From Seison nebaliae (taxonomy: Eukaryota), in assembly GCA_023231475.1 (NCBI GenBank), contig JALJEE010000763.1, positions 62,001-126,000 of the forward strand: a DNA stretch of 64,000 nucleotides, written 5' to 3'. Every line of letters begins with the position of its first letter. Position 1 is the first letter of the stretch. Positions 1 through 12,000 of the stretch are shown one piece after another. Under the pieces are notes generated by a model. It ran no database searches and was not told where the DNA came from. It worked only from the letters and a program-made list of their open reading frames with translations. The position numbers were made by a program, and so were the translations under genes.

Positions 1-550
1 TGAAATCGGCTGTTGACTGTTCATAATTAATTGATTTAGTTAAGAAATTATCATCGATAATTGTGGAGGTTGAAGCCAAAGTGGAATTCATATAGTCGCC
101 TAAAATCGAAATAGCCACCACTCCTACCTGATTGTATACATTGTAACGATTTGAATAGTTTTTATGGATAACTAATTTGATCATGAATCCTGTTGAATGC
201 ATATGAATCGATTTCAGTTCTCTCGCTTCGTAATTCGTTCGTTGATTAGATGACAATTCTACATATCCCAATCGAGAATATCGTGCAGTTTTAGCCGTCT
301 CAATTTGTGTCGTTGAATCACCAACGAAAACTTCGATCTTACTAGAAATCAGATACTGATGACTGAGAATTTGAATTCCATTGATAGTACATCGATCCTT
401 CAACATCAAAATCAAAGTTTGGGGATAACTGCAAAACTTCTCCGATTGCCATCCAATAACTAACGGTCCGTGGAGGTTAAGTTCGGAGGCCGGATGATTT
501 TCTTCTTCCGAAGTGACGTGGACAACCTCGAAAGGAACTTTTGTTAGCAT
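1..550 (-). CDS. CEP104: Centrosomal protein of 104 kDa, N-terminal jelly-roll domain (runs off the window start; absent from ORF track)
   Basis: ATG at 550, open to the window edge: MLTKVPFEVVHVTSEEENHPASELNLHGPLVIGWQSEKFCSYPQTLIL...LSHQYLISSKIEVFVG...RLGYVELSSN...EARELKSIH...NVYNQVGVVAISILG. This matches the CEP104 N-terminus (GWRSPRFCQFPQ, HQYMISSKIE, RLGYV, ARELKSV, NQVALVAINIIG). Confidence 0.92.
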   Translation of the reverse strand, partial: MLTKVPFEVVHVTSEEENHPASELNLHGPLVIGWQSEKFCSYPQTLILMLKDRCTINGIQILSHQYLISSKIEVFVGDSTTQIETAKTARYSRLGYVELSSNQRTNYEARELKSIHMHSTGFMIKLVIHKNYSNRYNVYNQVGVVAISILGDYMNSTLASTSTIIDDNFLTKSINYEQSTADF

Positions 551-904
551 TGGGAGTGGCACAATTGAAATTAGAGAAGTGAAGTATTTATCGGAATATA
601 CATTGAACGAATGAAATTAGGAATTGAGGACGAAGGACCATAAACAAAATTGTTGTTATCGATTTGAAATGGCCGAATATCTTCCTCTGTTGAAAATCGT
701 AGGGCAATTTTGAAAAGAAAAGAAAAAACTAATTTTATCGAGGAGAAAATAAAATAGAAACCAGTTTGATATAGAGTGTATAAACACCAATACTTCAACT
801 ACATATTCCAGAGTGTAGAGAGTATAACGAGTGATCTCTATTGAACATATGTATCGTGATAAACATAAACTATGTGTGTAAATGGAAAAAGAATAATAGA
901 ATTC

Positions 905-917
905 GTTGCTAAGCAAT
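905..917. promoter_or_regulatory. Candidate RFX X-box upstream of CEP104
   Basis: GTTGCTAAGCAAT is an imperfect palindrome close to the X-box consensus GTNRCC(N0-3)RGYAAC. It lies about 355 bp upstream of a ciliary gene. Confidence 0.55.
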
Positions 918-1602
918 CATAATATTATTCGATGTTTGAGTTCATGTAAGTTCACTCTTTTACTAGCATATACATATATAACCCATTTCCCATTTACCAG
1001 CAGTGAGATCAACTAATTACTTCGAAAACTTCACTATAAATGACAAATTTAATTTTACAATTTATTGCATATTCGCTTGTTTGGAAATTTTAAAAGTTTC
1101 TTCCATTCCTGCCTCCTTTCTCTACAGTCCTCTTAATTCCTACCCTCCCAGAAAATTTGTGTAAGAACCTTTTACCCTCATTTTTCTTTATAAAGATGTT
1201 ACTAATAAATAGAACGACGGAAATTAGATGTAAATTACAATTTCTTCATATAATGATTTCATAAGGAATGAATGTGGCTATTATTGAACGAATTGAGGTG
1301 AAGAAGAAAATAATGATGAAATGTGAAAACATAAATTAGAATAATAAAATATTCCTGAATAATGTTATATTTATTCTTAATCTCCGGAATGAAAATAAGA
1401 ATTATGAATGAAATTTATTATTGATCTGACAAATTGAGCAGAAATTAAAGTTTTTACAAAGAGAGGAAGTTTAATCGTCGTTTAACAAGAATGAGAATTT
1501 AAGAAAAAATAAGTGAAGGTGGAAATATTGGAGTCTCTGTAAATGAATATCGATCCAATATCAGTAGACATCATTAGAAAATTTTGTTATTTGAATGACG
1601 AT

Positions 1603-2943
1603 TTAGTGTTTATGATTATAAGACAGAATAAGTGGGAGAGCGATACCGATTAGAAAACAGAAAATTTCACTTTTACTCAATCTCTGATGTGAATGACAAC
1701 CATTGGAGATTTGTTGTGGGTCATTATTTGTCAGTTGTACTTCTACATCCAAAGTGTTCGATGTTGAATTCGATGTTTGTTGTTGTTGATTCAATTCGGG
1801 AAGAACATGTACAGTCGCTACATAGAGAAACGTTCCAGCACTGAATAACATAGCGATTGCTGTACGATACGATCCACTTGTTACTGACATTTGTGATGAT
1901 GGTGAGAATTGGTAGATGGTTAAAGAATAATAAGTTACAATAGCTGCAACAGGAGCAGCTAAAGAAAAAATTAAAAGATGACGTCGAATTTGTTCACGAC
2001 GTAACGAAATGGAGAGGAGATATGCGACGAGTCCGAATGCTGCTGGTGCCTATTCATTTATTTAAAGTAAAACTAATTTGAGAGAAAGAAAGTAAAAAGA
2101 ACTTTATGTAGAATGATGGCAAGAAATACAATAAATTGTACGTCCGCTCGTTTTGCTAACGCTGATGCTCCCAATGCCAATCCATCAGCTATATTCATAA
2201 AAATAAATTAGTTTAGTACTTTATAATAATCAATACGAATTTTTTGAAATGAAAATAATTTTTTTCCGATGTTTAATTTTGGAAAGATAAATTGTTATGG
2301 CATAAAATATATTAACCTGCTGAATGGATAACTAGACCTAAAGTGGTACTGATTTTTGACAAATCTGAGACTAATGAAAATTTATTTAAATGAAGAGAAA
2401 ACTTACCGGAATTTGGAGATCGAGAAGATAAAATATTTGCCAATTCGTCTACGAGTAACATGAAAACGAATCCTAAAACGAGTGAAAGTCCGATATAGAT
2501 ATGAGGATCGTTATGATGATGATCATGATCTTGATGTGTTGATTGCTTAATTTCCATTTCATTAATCGTTTTCAATCCGTTACCTGAAATTATTCTCGAT
2601 TGGATCATTCAGAACAGACGGAAATGAAATAAAACTGTTCATTGATGTTTTACTGATGGTTGTCGATGTTTCCACAGCTTCATAAAGAAGATGGACGCCT
2701 TCTGGAATGATGACGGCTAACGATGCGCCAACTAATAATCCTGTTCCTAATACTGTCACATATCTCATTCGATCCTTTTAATTGAAAAGAAAAAATATTA
2801 ATTTTTTGATGAATTATCATAAATTACATAATGAAATTAAATTTAACTTTTCTGAGAGTGATGGCGAGTGGAATAATACCAGCTGCGTACGAACCGATAA
2901 ACATCGCCACACAAGAAACCATGAGAAGCATAAAGCCTTCCAT
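1603..2943 (-). CDS. SLC39A9: Zinc transporter ZIP9 (about 6 exons)
   Basis: Spliced translation: [26 protein letters not shown] / [25 protein letters not shown] / His-rich loop, [17 protein letters not shown] / [17 protein letters not shown] / [14 protein letters not shown] / [21 protein letters not shown]. These are ZIP9 hallmark motifs. Confidence 0.95.
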
Positions 2944-3391
2944 CTTTTTGTGGAATTAGATTGAAAAAAAAATAAAATACTCCTAATCTTTCGTTGTTCA
3001 CTTTTTATGTCATGAGTGAAATAATTCGATGAGTGAGACCTGAATGAGAAAGGCAAAATAATTGAAACGGAACTAAAATTTGACTGAAAACTCGAAGAAC
3101 AACAAGGTGAAATTTTTTAAAAAATTTAATATTGAGCTTCGAAATTAACAAAAATTTTCGTTTCTTCTTCTCTAAACCTCGCAACGTTTACTGAATATCA
3201 AAAAGGAAATTAGCAAAAAAATATAAATTTTCGAAGAAAAATTTATGAGGAACAAAAAGAAATGATGTAATATTATTTGAACGTGTTCTGTGCAATTAGT
3301 GATTATATGAATGATAAGAACATTCATTTGAAAGTTGAAGATTTTACCAAATGAATAATATGAAAAATTTAAAGGTTTGAAACGAATTTTC

Positions 3392-4366
3392 TCATTTCTG
3401 ACCCTTCCTTCCTTTTTGTTTTCTCATCTGTTTCCGATTCTTCATCGATTTCTTCAAATCAAATTTTGCTTTTCCTTTCATTTTGAATGTCTTTGATTTA
3501 TTCTTTGGATTGAAACTTTCGAGCAGATTCTCTCGTTCCATCATCTGATTTGTTCCTTGTTCCATATTTAAATTCTGAGAATTCTCCAAAACTTTCTTAA
3601 CAATTTTCGACGTCAATCTTTTTTCTTGCGTTTCGTCAATTGAAGTGGTGAGATGTTTTTGTTTCGGTCGGATTCCATGAACAAGTTTCTCTTCTTTTTT
3701 TGAAATTTCTTTCGAGAATTTTCCTAAAGAAGCATCACTTCGTCTGGCCACGTCTAATCGTTTCTTCATCACTAAAGCTGATGAATCTGGAACGATATCA
3801 TTCTTATCTGTAACGAGTGCAGGGAGACCGGAAAGAGATTTGTTTGAATTCCTTTCAATATTTCTCAATCGTTGAAATTCATTTTTGGCAACTCGTTCTT
3901 TTTTCAGACGTTTCTCTTCCGTAAAATTCGAATCGGATGCCATTTCATTATCTTTCAATTCTTTTATCCAAATTTCATTTTGATTCTTTTCTGATCGACC
4001 TCCAAATCTAGGAAGCCATTCCTTCTTTTCTTCGTTCCAAACCATCTTCGATTTTTTTGTTTTCTTCAAACCTTTCTCTCTTGCAAACTTTTCCCATTTC
4101 GTTTCCGTTTTCTTCATTGGAAGTCGTTTCGCTCTTGGAATCTTCGTAGTCGACAATGAGAAGGGTAGATTAATAATCGTTAAATTATCTGAATTTGTCT
4201 CTTTCGGCAAACGGTTGAGAGAATTGAGAAGAGTTTTCGTGGATAATAATGTCATTTGTTGAAGATAAATCTCTTTATCTTTCTTCAATTCTTCTTCATT
4301 AATCTTCTCGTAAGATGATGCCAAAAGATTTGACTCATCTAACTCCACATTCATTTCAATATCCAT
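3392..4366 (-). CDS. RRS1: Ribosome biogenesis regulatory protein (intronless)
   Basis: 324-aa ORF containing IPRAKRLP..K.ETKWEKFAREKGL.K.KK...WNEEKKEWLPRFG, KKERVAKNEFQRLRNI and ASLGKF. Confidence 0.95.
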   Translation of the reverse strand: MDIEMNVELDESNLLASSYEKINEEELKKDKEIYLQQMTLLSTKTLLNSLNRLPKETNSDNLTIINLPFSLSTTKIPRAKRLPMKKTETKWEKFAREKGLKKTKKSKMVWNEEKKEWLPRFGGRSEKNQNEIWIKELKDNEMASDSNFTEEKRLKKERVAKNEFQRLRNIERNSNKSLSGLPALVTDKNDIVPDSSALVMKKRLDVARRSDASLGKFSKEISKKEEKLVHGIRPKQKHLTTSIDETQEKRLTSKIVKKVLENSQNLNMEQGTNQMMERENLLESFNPKNKSKTFKMKGKAKFDLKKSMKNRKQMRKQKGRKGQK

Positions 4367-4529
4367 TTAAAAATAATTCTGTTTTCAAAAAAATAGGAAA
4401 AGAATATACAATTTCATCCATCCTTCACTAAAAAAAGACGACGTCATTCTACCATTACCATCTATCAACGAGAACAGCAATTAAAGGAAGAAGAAGAAAG
4501 AAAATTTTACAAATTCAATAAATTTCAAC

Positions 4530-5971
4530 ATGAAACGTTCGAGGAAGAAAAGTCGAAATTAAACTTTTCATTTCCACCATATTTCTTCCCATTTCTTTTT
4601 GGATTGATATCGATAATTTTGATGAGTCCAACAATTTATCAATCGATTGGAAAGAAGAGATATTTATCTACTCCAATAACGACAGCATTGGAGAATATTG
4701 GATCTCATGCTATTTTAGATCGACGATATATTCATCCTTTTTATAAAATTTATCGTCCTCCATGGAAATTTGATAACATTTATAATGAACGAATAGAGCA
4801 TGATATAATTATTGAAAAGGATTCAAAAGAAAGTTAATAATTAATTATATAAAATAATTTTAAATAATATTTGAAAGAGAATGATTGGAAAGAGAGAGAA
4901 GCATTGAAAGTTTTGGCGATTGGAGACAAAATGAAAACGAATGGAAATTTCAAAAGAGCTAGACAAGTTCTTGAACATGCGGAACAATTGGCACCAAAAA
5001 ATATTGAAATATTGACGTCTTTGGGAGAATTATATGAATTGATAAATGAATATCTCCTCGCTAATCAAATGTATCATCGAGCCATTCATATCAATAAGAA
5101 ACAAGCATTCGTCGCTCAAAAGAAACAAAGTGAATTGTTGAGTATTGTGGAAGAGATCGATCAGGAATTATTGGAGAAAATTGATAATTATTTACAATTA
5201 CTTTATCGTACATCAAATTCTATTCAATCGTCAACGAAAAGAAAGAATGATGGATATTTCTATTTTATTTACCATTCGAATGCTATCGAAGGAAATCAAT
5301 TGAATCTTAGTCAAACGGAATATATTGTACGAACAAAATTAGCTATTGGAAATCATTCGTTAATCGAACAACAAGAAGTTCTTGGATTGGATGCCGCTCT
5401 TCGATATATAAATATCACATTTCTTACAAAGAATGTTCGTAAATCGAACAGTTATCGACCATTCCAATATTTTGGACGAGAGACATTATTGAAAATTCAT
5501 CAATATCTTCTTGGTTACGTCAATCCGATAGAGGCGGGTCATTTTCGACAACGACAAGTATACGTAGGGAATCATGTACCACCACCATCATCAGAATTAG
5601 AAGATTTATTGGACGAATTCTTCATTTGGTTAAATAGTGAACAAGTCCAAATGTTACATCCCATCGAATTCGCCGCTCTCGCTCATTATAAATTCGTTTA
5701 TATTCATCCGTTTCATGATGGCAATGGTAGAACGGGACGAATTATCATGAATTTAATATTGATGGGCGTTGGGTACCCGCCCGTCACAATTAAACAGGAA
5801 GATCGATTAGAATATTACAAATATTTGAATATTGCCAACGAAGGCGATATAAGACCATTTATTCGCTTCATCGCACAATGTGCTAAACAAGCAATCGATT
5901 ATTATCTGAAAATGAATGACGACGCCTCTTCCATCACTTCATCAACTGAATCACCCGAATTCATACACTAA
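4530..5971 (+). CDS. FICD: FIC-domain AMPylase HYPE/FICD; 5' end uncertain; intron 4833-4877
   Basis: TPR region, inhibitory motif (HSNAIEGN) and catalytic HPFHDGNGRTGR. A GTT...AAG phase-1 intron joins ORF 4604-4837 to ORF 4871-5971. Confidence 0.93.
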
Positions 5972-8900
5972 TCCCCATAACCCCGTTATTTCCGTCACAT
6001 TTTTTAGAGAAAAGACTAAAATTTCGAAATTAAAAAATTGTACTTTTTTTTCTTTAAGCATAATCGATATTAAACATACTAACGTATAATGTAAGTCAAT
6101 TGCTATAATTATTCTTTATATTTTTGTCGATATCATTTCAAATATTTATCTGATATTGGAAATCTCTTATTCGAATTAAATTGAACTTTACTTATTTGAT
6201 ATAATTATTTTAAAATTCGCCACGAGACATAATCAATTAAGCTTGTCTTCTATACTTTAGTCATTATTTATCTTATATTCCTGTTTATGATACGAATGAC
6301 ATGCATAGCTTCCATATTTAGAACTCTTATGGCACAAACACTTATTGATGTAATAATTCATTAATATTAATTTTTTCGATGATATAAATGCTTTGTTTGT
6401 AGTTATAGAACAGTTATACAAATTTTAATTTGAACATTACCATTTACTACCATTTACTTAATTTCAATATTCATTAATTAAAAATTAAAAAATAAATTTA
6501 TATTAATTTATGTTATTCCAATTATCGATTTGTGCGCTAATATTAAAAATAACATCTTAGCTGTTAATTCATTTTCTGTAAAGATAGGAACATCATTATT
6601 CTTCAAAAATTGATTCGATAATTTTTTGTTAAAAGAAAAACTTATTACAAGGAAGCATCAACAAAGAAGAAAATAACGTATTAAGAAGATGATAGATGGA
6701 GCAAATAATAAAATGGACCATAATAATAGAAATGGAAAGAGGAAATTATCATTACAAACATCCACACTGGACTCGCAGACAAATTTCTCTGATAACATTC
6801 TAATTTTATTCTCTTGAAAAAATCAATTTTAGAATTGGAAGGAAGCGAACAAATCAAGGATAAACTAGCATAAAATATACAAGGATAATATAAGGATGAA
6901 TACAATTACAAAACATGTTCGTAAATAAAGAATTTAAAAAATGGTCGTTTGTATGGTATTAAGATTGCATGTGCACAGGAAATTCGCGTTATTTATTCGG
7001 AAAGCCATAAATTATGTTCATTTTTTATTTGAAGATGCTTCCATCCTTCGATACACTTCCTCTATATGTTACGGAACAGTATTCGTCGTGTGTTTTCATT
7101 CATTCTATTTCTTATTTTAGGATAGGAACTCACTCTAAAATCAGAAAGGTATTCACTCTTAATTAGATCCAAATATTTTAAATAGGTGTTTCCCTTATGT
7201 ATTAAGTGTATAGAGGTACGCATTAGTTTAAGAATGGTAACTGACAATTTAAATTAGAATGACATAAGTAACGGCAAACAAATACGATGAAGAATTCGAA
7301 CGACTGACTTATGAGTTGATTCAAATTCTATACCAAATTCAATGAAATGTAACAACAATATTAAATTAATCATCCTTACATTGTCATGGTCTCTTTTAAG
7401 ATAATAATATAATTTTTAACATCATTGATATTCCATCAAATAATCGTTCCCATTAAAATGTTATCTTAATAAAATTTCTTGATATTGGGAATAACAGGTA
7501 TGAAATAAGGTGTTTTTTTTTTATTTATTTATTTTTTTTTATATATAGCAAATCCCCGCGGGGTAAATTAAAAAGAAAAAAAGATAACTCCTTAAAGGAG
7601 TTATTTGAAATTAAATTCCTGCCCGTTACAATAAAATGCTTGAGTGCTTCAGGAACGTGATAAGACAAATCAAAATTAGATGTCACCGATAAAGCGTCTT
7701 CCATTGAAAGAGGATAATTTAACGAGTAATAACGGCAGAAAAACTGGAGAGGCGACGAGAAGCTCTCACATTGTGTATACGTTGGAACTGAAAGAGTTGA
7801 ACTGCGAACAGAATCAACTACTTTCAGATACCTCTGTGCCAGAGGCAAAGGAGTCAATTCGCAAATCGTGAACATAAATGCTCTATTGAAAGGCTTATGA
7901 CAACCGTGCATCATCCGAACTGATCTATTATATGTTCGATCAAGACATCGTAATGACTTATCAGTGTTCGAAATGGAAACTGGCAATCCATAGAAGTCAC
8001 AACAGTAACAGACAAATAGCTTCAGTTTCAATTTAAGAGAGAAAAATTTGCAGCGATGATGGAAGGAGTAGTGCATCTACAAGTGCTGAACTTCTTCTCT
8101 TCGAGTCGATTTGACATCCCAGGAAACACACTTCCTTAGAGTGTTTTGGGTTATTTTTATTTATCAACTAATAAAGAATAATAATTAATAAAATTCTATG
8201 GAATGTAATCTAAAGGTTAATATTAAGTGAATTCCTCTCCGAAATAGAAATCTTAAAAACTTGTAATGAAATGAACAGTTATCCGATTGGAGAATGAATT
8301 CCTCTCCGTAAATGAAGAATTGAGTGAATTCCTCTACAAAGTGAACACCTTTCGAAGATTCACCTCTATATCCTCTTTTCTGTCGTCTTGTCCTTGTATG
8401 CATGTTTATATTTGTATATAGATGATGTATGTGATTGTATGTATATATTTGGTAGTCCGTGCAATCGATGTACAAGAGGACTGTGCACGTAAGGAGTTGT
8501 TGAATAATAATATACAACTGCGAAAGAAGATGGAAGAATTACTCTTTCCTTTTTCTTCTTCTTTTCCTCCTGGTTCAATTCGTTTTAATTATCGGATTTT
8601 GGCCATTTTCTACAATGACATAAAGAAGGAATTGACTGAGAAGGATATCTTTCCAGTAGATATAATTCATTCATTAATATTAATCTCTTTCACTTCATTT
8701 TCCAATATTAATTTCTATTTTTTTAAATGTATATCTCTATTCTTCAATGGATCTTATCATTTCTGTGAGTCGACACGAAATGCAATTGTAAGCAAAAATA
8801 ATATTTTATTGACTCTCTTTGTCACCTAGACGTATCTCGACAATCAATATTTTCTTCTAATTATTTGCTCATATCTATTATATCCTATAAATCTCTTTTG

Positions 8901-9026
8901 AGCTGAAAATTAAATAGTTCTTTTAAAGAATCAATAAATAGGTTAATCCTCCTTTAATATTACGTTATTTATGATTTCTTTCTAAGACAGAGTTTGACGA
9001 AAATCTTATTAGGAGATTGATGAAAA

Positions 9027-12000
9027 ATGCGAAAACGAGAAATGATTAATGGACTATCGCCCCGTGACGATTATAACAATATTGCTGCATTTGCCAAAGC
9101 AGTACTTCATAAGAAGGAACACAAAAAATTGAGACAAAAGCATGACAATTATATGAATCGTATTGATTGTGATGGAATCGTCTTGGATAATCCATATGCT
9201 TCCATCTCCGTGACCAACATTCGAGCAATAACAACTTCAAAAATTCTTCATTTAGTCATACAGTCGTTTGATGATACGAATAAATTTTTATCAGTACCAG
9301 TCGATCGATGGCCCGTCAAAGAATATGTCGACATATTCCTTAGCACACATAAATGGTATATGAAATCAGCTGAATTAGGCGAATATCTGATTGCTTATGG
9401 GAAGTTTCAATCGAATATTAACGATATTTATTTCCAAATTGAGAAAGAAAGTTATTTGAATGGAAATCGTTTCTCTTCTGACATGATTAAGAAACCGTTA
9501 TGTAATCGATGTTATTCTTTCCGTCATCATTCACCCAGGAAGAAAACATTAAGGAATCAGTTAACTCAAGAAAATTCGATATTTGATCGTTTGAATTTGA
9601 TATGTGATCGACGATTGAAATCAAATGATGAGAGTGAAGTCTTCCAAGAAATGTGTAATATTCATCTATTGATTAAATGTGAAGAATCGTTTTCGTCTCA
9701 TTATTGTCGGAGTTGTCGACCGATGATCGAAATGGCTGTATGTCGATTTATTTTCTATTGGTTCAATAAATATCCGCAGCATTTCGTGAACGATATTAAA
9801 CTTATTCGATTAATTTACAATTCACTCTACGTAAATTATGATCGGATAGAGAAGTTATTGGACGATACCACAACAATAAGAACGTCTGAAATGGCTTTGC
9901 ACTGTCAATTCATTAAGAAATATGTCAATTTGAAAGTGTCAAACAGTCTGTTAACATACCTGAAAATTAACCATCGAACCTGCAATTATACAATGGAGTC
10001 TCCGAATGAAATTGATCGATTCTTTAACATGATACCAGTATCAACATCAAAAAGTAACAGCCATGAATTATCTACTAGTACGGGAAACACGATATGTTCA
10101 CCTGATGGTCGAACATCGAATGAGAAGAAAACAGGAATAAAATTATCATTCTTAGACAACGAGGATATAGAAGAGAATGAAACGATGAATGTGAAGAAGG
10201 ATGATGTGTTCGATTGTGAGAACAATGAAGAAATGTCATCGATGTTCAATCATATGTTCTATGGTTCGTTGGCGAATTATCCACAAGTGATGTTCATCAT
10301 GAACATTCTCAACATCAATTCACTTCTTTTGGCTAATCAGATGACTTATATCGAATGGAGTTTCCTTCGACAAATTCCTTATGATGAATTCAACATTTAT
10401 GCGCGACAAGGAACGACGGAAAATCTGAAATATTTGGAACGTTCCGTGCAATTATTCAATGGAATCTCTCAATGGATTCAATGTATGATCTTATGTCGTA
10501 CAACACCGAAAGAACGAGCATTAGTCATAGAGAAATTAATAAATATTGGAGAGCATTTGTTACAAATGAAAAATTATAATACTCTCTTATCATTGATCGG
10601 TGGTATCAATCATAGTGCTATTTCTCGATTGAGCAAGACGATGAATGAAGTGAATGAAAGTGATATGAATCAATTGAAGTATTTAACGGAGTTATTATCA
10701 TCATCGGGTAATTATGCTGCATATCGTCGTCATTTTAATCAGCCATCAAACAATCAATTTCAATGTAACATTCCAATCATCGGGATAATTTTGAAGGATA
10801 TCATATCCATAAATTCAGCATCTTCTGATTATTTTAATAACGATAGACGATTAATCAATTTCCCAAAAATGACTTATTTGGCGAAGATTTTCTGGAAGTT
10901 AAATGTTATTCATCATCAAAATTTTCCAATTGAACGAGATGATAGAATCATTAATACTGTCCTCCCTTCACTTGAAGTGATTTATACGGAGGAAGAGATT
11001 TATGAATTGTCATTAGCCCGAGAACCTCGTTGTGCTACATCTCGAATGCGTGTTAATCGACCAATTCGTTCTATTATTTTGGATAATATGGCGGATTCGA
11101 TTGCTGCATTCAATAATCAAGGACGGGACATCGAGACAATAGCGACAGATGTACGTCTGATTGTATCAGCGATCATCGAACATTATGATAAAGATCGTGA
11201 TGGAATAATCTCGCGAGTTGAATTTAATGAATTACGTGAGGATTTCCCTTTCATCGATTCATTCAACGTTATCGATTCCAACAAAGACAACATGATCAGT
11301 CGAGCGGAACTTATCAAATATTTTGTTGCATGGAACTGTCGAGCATATACGGATGACTTTAAACATGATTTCCAAGAAACGACTTATTTCAAATTAGCGT
11401 TTTGTACTTATTGTCATCATCGTTTAACTGGTGTCATCAAACAAGGTTACCGATGTCGAGGTTGTGGAATCAATATCCATCGACAATGTCGACCATTAGT
11501 TGTAGAAGAATGTTTAAGAAGTGGACAACAACGACTTGCATTCCATCAAAGTAAAATTTCTGATATTCTTTCTCTCGTCAACAATTTACCATCTATCCAC
11601 AATCCACAAAAAACTCATTTCCAACAACAACACCACCAACAACAACAAAACTTACAACAAAATAAGGAACTCGATATGAATTCTGGAGATCTGAAGAAAA
11701 CTAAAAAACTAATTCCATTAGATCTTCTTCCGCCGAACTTTAGTCGAGAATTATCGGCCCAAAATTTTCGACATCGACGTCATCAGCGAGAACCGAAATT
11801 GGCGAACATGGAAAGTTCTTCTGACAATTGTTGGTTTTGTGAGCGAGACAAATTGAGAAATATTGAGAAAGAAAGTAAAATGATGAAGGAAACTCAAACT
11901 GATCTGCCATTCGATTTGAGTGATTCGACTATGTTGACTGTCGATCCACATCTACCACATTCCACTTCGATGGATGGACCTGAGAAAGAATTGGATGATA

